Shown here: positions 1 through 10,700 of the stretch, piece after piece
How positions within the stretch are numbered: position 1 is the first letter of the stretch
Layout: each line of letters begins with the position of its first letter
NCBI GenBank assembly: GCA_002633005.1
Contig: NMRA01000569.1
Location: forward strand, 124,001 to 188,000
Origin: Phoronis australis
Taxonomy: Eukaryota > Animalia > Phoronida
Direction: 5' to 3'
DNA length: 64,000 bases
Position numbers and translations under genes: made by a program
The notes under the pieces: model-generated
What the model saw: the letters and a program-made list of their open reading frames with translations, nothing else
Told to the model about the DNA's origin: nothing
The model's database searches: none

Positions 1-382
1 GATTCCCAGGTGGGTCCCACACTTTTTTAGGGAGGAGGGGAATGTTGTAATCATCAACATCATTCGTCCTTTATCTTTCTGTGATGTCTTGTGATTTGTC
101 AGTTTTATGGTTCCCCGGATACTTCTTTCTTTTATTCAAACTGCTGGCGGGAACCCTGCTGGCAGTCTTTCAGCCAGCAATCAGGATGTCAGGGATGGGC
201 ATTTAGATTGGGTTTTACTGAAGCTTGAATAGCTGTGTTTTAACTGGTGAGTACTTCTAGAGGCCTAGCTAGTGAACCNATGTTTAGTAAGTCTACAGCC
301 ATTGACTTGATTCTCACGATGTTTTCCAGGCGCATCAGTCAGTTTCGTAGAATGCTAACAAAACTGCATTTTGATGTCTTAC

Positions 383-688
383 ATATGGCTCAGAACTTCC
401 GACAAGTGAGCTGAACCAGTCCTCTCTATTACGGCGTATTACGCTGGCATTTAGCTCTAGAGTCCCTGCACAAACAGCCAGTCCAACAGTGCATAGCAAG
501 AAACCGGTTTTTATCAATACCAGTACCGTAGTGCGGTGCCAATGACAGTTACGGTGAATTACGGGTTACTACCATGACATTATCATTGACAGTGGACAAG
601 TCACAAGAATGGTAAAGTGTTCACCTTGCCAAGTGAAGAAGATGGTTTGGTTGCTCTCCTTCTCCAAGAGGCTCGCAGTCATGTTCAT
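383..688 (-). CDS. First two coding exons of an unidentified minus-strand gene (continues beyond position 1)
   Basis: Exon 688-625 (ATG, MNMTASLLEKESNQTIFFTWQ, donor G|gtgaac) joins in phase 1 to exon 465-383 (acceptor tttgtgcag|, G-TLELNASVIRRNREDWFSSLVGSSEPY, donor |gtaaga). Only this frame of exon 2 is open. A possible non-coding upstream exon has a CAG|gtaagt donor at about 882. No family recognised. Confidence 0.5.
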
Positions 689-1256
689 CAAAGTAACAAG
701 CCATATCAAATGAGATAGATAACCCTAGGCTAGACTACCAGTGTAGTCCTAGCTTACATAAACGTCATATGGCTATGCGTCACTGGCAAAAGGCGTCTGC
801 TACACGTACATGATTCAGCAACACCAAAAACTCACGTCCGGTTAATTATAGGCTACAGCCGCAGTTCGGTTTTAAACTTACCTGAAATGTCAGATACTAA
901 TAATATATCAATTCACTAAAATATATCAATTTTGACCATGCCTTTCATCGAACGTTTTATTGCTTTTTATTTTTATTATTCGGTTTATTGGCTACAGTTA
1001 GTACTCAACAATTCCTTCGACGCAGTTACGTCAGATACAGAGCATAAGTTTGACTGCACTTGCTAGTAGTCTGTGGTCATATTTGGCCGTCATTCATTTC
1101 TGGAGAATTATTCACCAAGCCTGGTAGGTGTCTTAGTCCGTATTGCTCTTGTGTTCACGTGGAGACGTCGGAAGTAGTTGCCTCACTGTTTGCGGGAAAG
1201 AACAATTTTGCAAGGCAAATACTGAAATAGTTAGTAGCGACAGTACTCAGTAGGCA

Positions 1257-2228
1257 TAGGCAATGACCATCGCCTCTGTTGGCCCGAACCAGAGGCGATG
1301 CAGAGGCTATAGGCGCTCTGTACGCCGGAAGCTTTTCGGAGAATTATGCCTCGCATTGGCTAAAACATCAAAGTCACGTTGTTATAAATACCTTTTGCGC
1401 ATAGAGGAACACCTTAATTAGGTCATTAGGAGGTTGTGGATGTGTAGTTTAATTCCTTCCAACTTGAACAAAACTCCCGACCATTATCAAACTTTTTCTT
1501 CGAGCAGTTCCTATTTCAGTTCCCAAAATTGTGAACTCATCATTTACTCAGCGCACGCCAAGACTGAGATATGACCTCATTCTTTTAACCAGGCCGAAGG
1601 TCAGAAGTTGCGGTCCTACCGGCGAACGAGAAAGCTGAAGTCCCCGCCCTTTGCGTACATGCTGCCGGGAACCAGCCGTGCATTTGCCGTGTTGTTAAAC
1701 ATTAAAATGTCAAATATGTGCACAAAGACTATTAAATGTCATATCAACAGCATTTATTTTTATCAAATACAAACAATGATTCATTGAAATACAATCAGTT
1801 TCAAGTAACGCCAATAAAAGACAAGTATAAGTGGTGGCATTTTGGAAACGAACATTTGACTGACAAGACTGCAATGGCTCACCTTTGGCCTATTTAAAGA
1901 TTGAGGTCATGAATTCACATCACCTAGCGAGCACGTTAAAAATTGGAGCGTGCGCAGTATGAAAATGGTTCACGATTTTGGGAACTGAATGAGTGACTGC
2001 TCGAATAAAAAGTTCAATAACGGAAGTATTTGTTCGAGTTGGAAGGAATTAAACACACCGACAACCTCCTAAGGTGTCCCTCTATATGCAAAAGGTATTT
2101 ATAACAATGTGACTTTCATGCTTTAGCCAGTGCGAAGAATAATTCGCCGAAAAGCTTCCGGCGTATGGAGCGCCTATAGGAGCTGCATCGCCTCTGTTCG
2201 GGCCAACAGAGGCGATGGTCATTGCCTA
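1257..2228. mobile_element. Non-autonomous foldback DNA transposon with ~350-bp terminal inverted repeats (TAG...CTA ends, possibly Academ-like)
   Basis: TAGGCAATGACCATCGCCTCTGTTGGCCCGAAC at 1257 is the reverse complement of GTTCGGGCCAACAGAGGCGATGGTCATTGCCTA ending at 2228. The arms stay alignable over about 1257-1604 and 1878-2228. No clean TSD, so the superfamily is tentative. Confidence 0.75.
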
Positions 2229-2254
2229 TAACGACAGTAGCATAGGCCTACAGA

Positions 2255-3875
2255 GTCTTCTTATTCTTGGTTCAAGTTAGGCAATACGTAGCGTAGAAAA
2301 TATATCTGAAACTAAATAAGGCGATGCAGATCCTCCCAAGGATACAATTGTTTCATGAAATGAAGAATATAAATCGGTAAATAAAACAACAAGAATGGAT
2401 CAACTGAAATTTGAAATTTTCGGATGTAATAACTTCCTTTGTCAACAAAAACAGAAATAAAGTAAAATCAAACACAAAATGACAATTGACATAATAAGAT
2501 ATGGTGTAATGAACATGATACATTTTTGCGTAAAAAATTCAATGACATATTTTAAGAAGTTTTTATGTTCAGTCCATGAGGTTCTATTGTATTAAGTTTG
2601 TCTATCCAATTTTGTTCTCTTTTGAGTCTGTGAGGGGTACTGGGGTGTTCGAGTTTTTCTATTATTTGTACAGAAAGATCTTGAATATTATGGTTTTTGG
2701 AATTGAAATGATTACCTATAGTATCAGAAATGTTTTTATGTATTATGTTAAATCTATGATTACGAAACCGAGTTTGTAGATTATGTTGAGTTTGTCCTAT
2801 GTATTGGATAGAACATTTTTTACAAGTTATAAGGTAAATAATATTGTTGGTGGTGCAATCAGAATAATGTTTTATTTCAAAGTTTTCATTGGTTTGGGAA
2901 GACTGGAAAAAAGTGCTATCGTTGATGAAGTTACACATTTTACACCTAGCTTTGTTACATTGTGTGTTGCCAATAGGTTTGTCAGTTTGGTGTATATTGT
3001 CGATATTAGTTTTAACTAAATAATCTTTTAGATTTTTACATTTTCTCCAAGAAATTATAGGTGGATGAGGAAATAGGTTTTTCATTTGAGGGGAAATATG
3101 CATCGTAGAAAGATGTTTTTTGAAGACGTGGCTAATTCCGTTTAAACATGGATTGAACATAGTTATGAATGGTATTCTATTAGTAGTATTGCCTTTAGTT
3201 TTAGTTCTTAAAGATTCATTTCGTGTAATTGAGCGGACTTTGTCAAACTGTTTGTGTATAAGATGTAACCTTGGGGAAACAACGTTGAATTAGATAGTAC
3301 TTGAGTTCTTTTAAACGGTTATTAAAGGAAGTTTCTTCTGAACAAATGCGTCGAATTCTTAGGGCAAGGCTATATGGAAGGCTTTTCTTGCAATGAAAGG
3401 GATGACACGAGTGATATGACAGATACTGGTGTTTGTCAGTTTCTTTACAGAATAAGTCAGTTTCTAGTTTATCATACTTAAGGGTGACAGTTACATCTAA
3501 AAATGAGACTTTATTTTGAGAAATGTCATGAGTGAACTTTATAGTAGGGCGAAATTTGTTAATATTTTCTAAAAATACATCTAATTTTTGTGGGCCATGG
3601 GTTCATATCATAAAAATGTCATCAATGTATCTTAGCCAGAGAAGGGGTTTTTCAGAGCAGGATTTGATGAAGCTGTTTTCAAGATTTCTCATAAAAAGGT
3701 TGGCGAAAGTAGGAGCAACCCTAGTTCCCATAGCTGTGCCTAATATTTAGAGATAGTGATTATTATTAAAGGTAAAATGATTCATGGTAAGTACATGTTC
3801 AAGAAGACAGCGAATAGAAGATGTAGGTACATTAGGATTATTACGTTGACTAAGAAACTTGGTACAGGCTGTCTT
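2255..3875 (-). mobile_element. 5'-truncated, pseudogenised Penelope-like retroelement (RT + GIY-YIG endonuclease)
   Basis: The minus strand encodes the RT motifs GTAMGTRVAPTFANLFM, WLRYIDDIFMIW, FLDVTV and YLSYHSCHPFHCKKSLPYSLALRIRRICS, then ORF 3160-2552 with a Cys cluster and GIY-YIG (NIIYLITCKKCSIQYIGQT...RFRNHR...REQNWIDKLNTIEPHGLN). There is an in-frame TAA at 3747-3749 and a frameshift near 3280. Boundaries are approximate. Confidence 0.92.
2410..2449 (-). ncRNA. Minimal hammerhead-ribozyme-like motif in the Penelope pLTR/3' region
   Basis: Minus strand reads TTTG-TTGACAAA-GGAAGT TATT ACATCC-GAAAATTT-CAAA: stem I TTTG/CAAA, a variant core (UUGACAA in place of CUGANGA), stem II with one mismatch, then GAAA and a palindromic AAATTT. 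It lies about 100 nt downstream of the GIY-YIG stop. Confidence 0.5.
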
Positions 3876-3995
3876 GAATGGCCCCAATAAAAATGTTGAT
3901 GCTCCTATAGGAGCAAATACTCCTGTAAACAATTTTTTTTTCAAGCAGTCCTTTGCTCAGTTGCTCAGCAACTTGCCGTTTTTACACTGCGCTCA

Positions 3996-4272
3996 CAGTG
4001 GCGGATCTAGGATACCTTAAGGGGGGCCAACATCCTCAGGGAATTGGGCAAAGCGCGATTGTATGTGCACAGGCGGCCTGAAAGCTGCGGGGGCTGAAGA
4101 TGTAGTCCTGCTGTTCAGAAAATCTATCGGTGGACTAAAAACAAAAAAGCGGGAACGTGTTCTCGCGTCTGAGCCCCCCCAACGTCCTACCTCGTGAACT
4201 CAATATTTCTTCACGCTGTCGCTGTTTCATTTTGCTTGCGGCATCCAAGTTGGGGCCCTAAATCTGCCTATG
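3996..4272. mobile_element. MITE with CAGTGGCGGATCT-type TIR and 5-bp TSD (hAT5-like)
   Basis: CAGTGGCGGATCTAGG...CCTAAATCTGCCTATG, flanked by GCTCA at 3991-3995 and 4273-4277. Confidence 0.7.
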
Positions 4273-4919
4273 GCTCACTCCTATTTTTACGGTGCACCAG
4301 AAGCGCACGCAGTGTTAAAAATAGCCAGTTACCGATTTGGGCAACTGAACGAATGACTGCTTAAAACATTTTGATTACGGGAGTATTTGTTCGAGTTGAA
4401 AGGAATTAAAGACATCGACAACCTTAACCCTTCATCCACCAAACTGGTGTTTCAGAGTTGTAATTTCATGTTTTACATCTTTTTTAAAAACACCAAAAGG
4501 GAAATAAATGTCATTAGTTTAATACTATATTATATTATGCCACAAGAATATACCTATTTAACATTTTTGAGTTTGCGCCCATTTCATGCTTTTCAATGTG
4601 CGTTTTAGTGTTTTAATTTGGAGTTTCAATGTGCATTTTAATGTTTTAATATGGAGAAGCAGGGACACCTGTTGCCAAAATATAAAAAACACATCTTCTG
4701 TGCATTTTTCTTGTGTTGGTAACTGCAGCTCTGATGACTTATTGTACAGAATATAAAAGCAAGCTAAAATGATATAAGCTTTATAACAGCAATTTAACTT
4801 GAGATCACCAAAAACATAGTGCACTCATTGTTCAATCAGTATCTGTAATATTTGTTCGGTAAGCTACTTGGCTGTTTTTATAAATTTAGGCGTAGAAGTT
4901 TTGGTCCACACACCGTTTT

Positions 4920-5076
4920 CAGGGGCGGATCCAGGATTTTGAGTTAGGGGGGCCCGGGCAGAGTATTGGCCAGGATTTTGCCCGTCGGACATTCGCACCC
5001 CCATACTACGATATGGAATCTGGGAGAATTTTAGGGGGGTCATGGCCCCCTTGGGCCCCCTCTAAATCCGCCACTG
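4920..5076. mobile_element. MITE with CAGGGGCGGATCC-type TIR and 5-bp TSD (hAT5-like)
   Basis: CAGGGGCGGATCCAGG...CTAAATCCGCCACTG, flanked by GTTTT at 4915-4919 and 5077-5081. Confidence 0.75.
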
Positions 5077-5734
5077 GTTTTTAGTAAAAAGCTCACTACA
5101 GGGGATATGTTTTTGTAAACTTAGATGTAAAAGCCTTGGTTTACACATTTTTATGTAAAAACCTCACTGTGGTGTGTGTAGGGGGAGGATTACTGGTGAA
5201 ATATGGGAGTAACGCGCTGTTGGAATCATGGACGCCCAAGAATATTGTGAAGCTCATTTTGGATACCCTATTTTCGAAATCCTAGATAAAGCCCTGGACG
5301 ACCCCCTAAGGAGTCCCTCTATATGCAAAAGGTACTTATAACAATGTGACTTTGATGTTTCAATCATTGTGAGGCATAATTCGCTGAAAAGCTTATGGTG
5401 TGAAGCTCCTGTTGGAGTGTGTCTGCTGGGGACAGCCGAGACAGTTGTCTAGCTGAGTAGCTGCATTAAGTTTAACATCAAAATACTTATCAAGGAAATA
5501 ACGATTACAAAATTGGCACTAATCACTTACAAGGACAAGGGTACCAGATTTTTAGAATATATTTGGCGCCCTTTACCCAGTAGAGGAAACTGGTTCTCAA
5601 TCCAGACGGTGTGCACGTGACTTACTGTAAAATTTAGATCTCTAAGTTACACACCACCCGGGTAGCTCTGCTGTTCAACTCTTCATGAAACTTACATCAG
5701 TGTGCAGAACACTTGACCGATGAGGCTTGTGCAA

Positions 5735-6780
5735 AATCTGCCTGAGGCATGTACTAAGTAATCTGCCTGAGGCGTGTACTAAGTAATTATCTGCCTGAGG
5801 CGTGTACTAAGTAATTATCTGCCTGAGGCGTGTACTAAGTAATCTGCCTCAGGCATGTACTAAGTAATCTGCCTGAGGCGTGTACTAAGTAATCTGCCTC
5901 AGGCATGTACTAAGTAATCTGCCTCAGGCATGTACTAAGTAATCTGCCTCAAGCATGTACTAAGTAATCTGCCTGAGGCGTGTATTAAGTAATCTGCCAC
6001 AGTCATGTACTAAGTAATCTGCCTCAGGCATGTACTAAGTAATCTGCCTCAGGCATGTACTAAGTAATCTGCCTCAGGCATGTACTAAGTAATCTGCCTC
6101 AGGCATGTACTAAGTAATCTGCCTCAGACATGTACTAAGTAATCTGCCTCAGGCATGTACTAAGTAATCTGCCTCAGGCATGTACTAAGTAATCTGCCTC
6201 AGGCATGTACTAAGTAATCTGCCTCAGGCATGTACTAAGTAATCTGCCTCAGGCATGTACTAAGTAATCTGCCTCAGGCATGTACTAAGTAATCTGCCTC
6301 AGGCATGTACTAAGTAATCTGCCTCAGGCATGTACTAAGTAATCTGCCTCAGGCATGTACTAAGTAATCTGCCTCAGGCATGTACTAAGTAATCTGCCTC
6401 AGGCATGTACTAAGTAATCTGCCTCAGGCATGTACTAAGTAATCTGCCTCAGGCATGTACTAAGTAATCTGCCTCAGGCATGTACTAAGTAATCTGCCTC
6501 AGACATGTACTAAGTAATCTGCCTCAGGCATGTACTAAGTAATGCGCCTGAGGATGTACTAAGTAATCTGCCTCAGGCATGTACTAAGTAATCTGCCTCA
6601 GACATGTACTAAGTAATCTGCCTCAGGCATGTACTAAGTAATCTGCCTCAGGCATGTACTAAGTAATGCGCCTCAGGCATGTACTAAGTAATCTGCCTCA
6701 GGCATGTACTAAGTAATCTGCCTCAGGCATGTATTAAGTAATCTGCCTCGGGCATGTACTAAGTAATCTGCCTCAGGCAT
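5735..6780. repeat. Minisatellite, 25-bp unit ATCTGCCTCAGGCATGTACTAAGTA, about 42 copies
   Basis: Near-identical head-to-tail units read directly from the sequence, with no unique spacers. Confidence 0.97.
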
Positions 6781-7759
6781 ATGCTTCAAATTTTTTTCAC
6801 AAATGCGTGCACAGTTCTTAATGAGATGAGCCAAGGATCAATTTGCCCAAAACCAGAGTCTGGTATACACTTTAGAACAGCCATTGCTGGAGTATCCTGG
6901 TATTTGACGTCCACTTTTATCAGCTAATTCACTCCCTCCAAGGATAATGATGAAAATTGGCAAATTGTTCCTACTGAGAATAGCATGGCTGACGATGATT
7001 TTCAGACGGTCCAACTGCTGTATTGCCACCTACTGGCAATTTTGGTTTTGCCTGTGTTTTGCTATCTACCAAGTTCCTTGATGGAGCTTCATGAAATTTG
7101 GTACATGTATGTTTCTATTCATGAGAGTACAACTGACATGGTTTTAGGACAAATCCGACTGCTGTTGAGTCCACTTGTAGCAATTTTGCGTTTTTCATGA
7201 TATCTGCAAAGTTCCTTGATGTGTTGTATGTTCATTGAAGTTGGAAAAAAAGTTACAATCACTTAGACAAGAGCACATGCCCTGACTTTCGTTGCGCCCA
7301 TTATTTATATCTGTTCCTTGTCATCTGTCTCCTTATGCTCTAAACTACTTGAAGTCATGGCATGTGCCTATTGAGGAGAGCATTGCTGACTTCCTTTGTA
7401 CTCTGTCGACTCTATTATTGCTTCATCTAGTGACATTTTATATGCAATGTATGCAGTGCACAGAGTGGATGCATTCCTCTTTGCTCTTATTATCAAAGCT
7501 GATACAGAGACGTACTCAAAACAGAAAACACGTAATAATCTTATTGCTTTGCGCCATTTTGGTAGAAGCTTCAATCAATTCCACATGGCCTGGTCACAAT
7601 TTTGCTAGTTATTGCCTATGAAGGCGCAGCTTTTATTCCTGTCCTACATGAAATTGTCCTCGTTGATGCATTTGACTCGTTCTGCATGTGCTTGTCTTCT
7701 CTACAGGGATATACTTGTTTCATTCCAGTCACAACAGACTGTTGATTTAATTACTCATA

Positions 7760-10700
7760 ATGATGGCGACCAAGCTGACCCGCATACCAATTATGACCTA
7801 TGTGTCAAGCCTAGGAAAGACTGCACAACTTCTTTCAAAACCCATAGTGAGTGGTAGTAAACCAGGACTCTGTATCCTGCGACAGAACTTTGCTAATGAT
7901 GTCAAAACTACAACACACAGAGTTCGAAGATCAAGAACTTTAAGGGAGGTGGCTGCAGCCCCAGCTGGACCAGGAGGTAAATGTAATTTCATATGCTAAA
8001 TTAAAAAGTTGTCCATCATTCAAATTTATCCAAGAATAGTATGCAAAAAAGGTTTTTCTCTTGACCACACTGACTACTTCTGAAATCTTCATTTCTTACC
8101 AAAATTGCTTGAATTGATATTTTTTACTCCTGAAATACTCGTGCACGAGTATTGTACTGAATACCAAATCAAAAATACCGGTACTCAGTATTCAGTACCC
8201 CCAATTGATATCTTGAAAGCTGAAAATATGGCTGATATTATGGTTCCATTCTTTACAGCATGTAGTGTGCAGCCGATCTTTCTAAGTAAAATATTGAACA
8301 AAGTTGCAGATTTTGTTTTTCATTTTCATATTTTTGTGACGTGAATCATACTCTGGTCATGCTTAATAAAAAAGCTACTCTGAAAGTTAGTGTGAGTATA
8401 TCACATGAACTGCTGCTAACCAAGTACAATGAAAAGAAATGTTGATAGCTTGTCTACTGAAGACGTGTGTGCAAGTAAACTAGTCTAGAAAATGACTTGG
8501 ATGTTTTTGTGGTAACTCTAATTTGGAAGTCAGAAGTAAGACACGAATCAAATCTGAGGTTGGTGTTAATCAATGCTCTGCTGTTGACGCTTTACAATCA
8601 TGTGTTTTTGGCCGTTCCATGTACTATATTTTATTCCAGCTTTCAATATTGGACAAGGAGTCTTACTTGGCTCTTCTGTAGTGGGATTGGGTGCGTTGTG
8701 TTACTATGGTCTGGGGATGTCTAGTGAAGTTGGAGCTATTGATAGAGCAGTGTAAGTAATGCTTGTTTTGCCTCTTGGCTTTCTTAGTAAGACCATTAAT
8801 CCTCATTTTTTAGTTTATTTATTTATTTATTTGTTGTAATATTTAAAACGAGGATGGCTTCTTCAGTGATAGCACTGCTTTCCAAAAAGGCCCTCAAGTT
8901 AAACACAAGGTTTACAAAAATTTACTTTTGAAGTTGTTTAATTTTTTTATATTTATTTTCTACTTGCATGCTCATTATCAATTTGAAGTATCAAATTGTT
9001 GAAGTTGATCATTGAATAAATTCCAGTGTGCATTATGTGTATTTCTTAAATGTAGTTTAAGTATGATTATCAAATCCATGGCAAATTTGTCACATGATCC
9101 CATTAGGTCACAAGAAAACAACAATGGAATCTGCAGGTGTTGGTTGACTAGAATTGAGTTGTTTAACAGCGTATCAGTTGAAATGCATCATCTGAACACT
9201 GTTGATTGAGTCCGAGCTCTTCATCTCAACAGCAATGTCTGATGGTAGCTATAGTATAAAATGTGAAAATGGCAAATCATTAATTTGGTGCTATTTTTTA
9301 TGAAAAGGGTGGGAATAAAAATATTTTACCTCTTTGTAGTTTCAATGTTCTCCATAGCCTTAGTTGAGTTCTGTAGACTGCAAGACATATGCTTGCACTT
9401 ATGGAACAGAAACACTGACATCAATCCTATAAATCAACAACTTTGCTGACCAATAACTTGAGTGGCTGCCATTTTGCAAGGACAGGCGTGTAAGCTCACG
9501 AGCATACTGTCTTGTGAAACACTCACTTTTCACTGGTGTGAGGTTTCATATTTCTTTTGAGAAAGTAGATATATGGAACACTCTCCTGTTTTGACCCGTT
9601 GCACTAACGAGTTTGAATTTTTGCCCTGACAAATTTTGCTTACTTGTGTGGAATTTGAAACTTAGTGCAATTAGTTCATTTTTTGGGAGATTGGTCATTG
9701 GAATTTTGGCATCAATTCAAATGCTCTAACTCCTCCATAGTATGGACATAGACTCATGTACATGTACAAAAAATTGTAATTTCTTTCAAGTTTGAATTGT
9801 GTATTGTCGAGGACACTGATTTTACTAAATATTTGTCCTTGTGCTTGTGGCCATATGAATGTTTGTCATCGGTGAATGATGAAGGTCAAGATCATCTATT
9901 TTGTAGTGTGTGGCCACAAGTTGTACGAGACAGAGTCAGAAGTACTTACATGTACTTTGGTGGCAGCATCGCTTTCACTGCACTCTCAGCTGCTGCTGTT
10001 TACCGCTCACCTGCAATGTTTCGACTCGTAACCAAAAACTCCTGGATGGTATGTTTTAGCATAGTGATTCATAAATAAATTTCGCCAAGTATGTTGCTCT
10101 GTCACTAAGTTTGTTTTTTTTTTGTTTGTTCGCACGATACAGGTCGCAATTTTCGTCCGATCATCACAAAATTTACACATAACACGTACTTCCGGAAGTA
10201 CTGGAAGCCTATTGTTTTTCGTCAAAATCGGATCCAAGATGGCGGCTGTGGCGGCCATTTTGTTTCCATTTAAAGGTTCAAATGCTTCTGGGGGCTACAA
10301 TGTTTTACGTAAAAGGCTAAGAATCGGCACAGTAAATGGACGGGAAGGTTGCTACAAGTATACCGGTTAAAGATGGCGGAAATATCGGCGATCGCGCATG
10401 CGCACCTCGATTTTGACCTAAAAACGTTTTCTCCTCTAGAGGGCGTATTATAAGACCAGTTCCTTCGAATTTTTCCAGGTATTAGTTTCTTATAACATGC
10501 TATTAAACAAAGCCGAAAAACCAGAAGTTGCTTTCAAGATGGCGGATCTGACGCATGTTGACCCATTTTCAGTCGTCTGGAGTGCGATTTTAAACGGGAA
10601 GAGAAAAAGACGTGATTTTTTTGCATGTAGATTCTTTGAAGTATATTCTTTCAAATGGCTTGTAACAATTTTTTTCTCAGACTTACCGTTTTCGAGTTAT

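Noticed and set aside
2576-3750. Plus-strand ORFs at 2576, 2783 and 3532
   Set aside because: They are antisense shadows of the minus-strand Penelope ORF.
5735-6780. CRISPR array (short palindromic repeats)
   Set aside because: Units are contiguous with no unique spacers, there are no cas genes, and the context is a spliced eukaryotic locus. It is a minisatellite. The same applies to 46299-46870 and 53256-53526.
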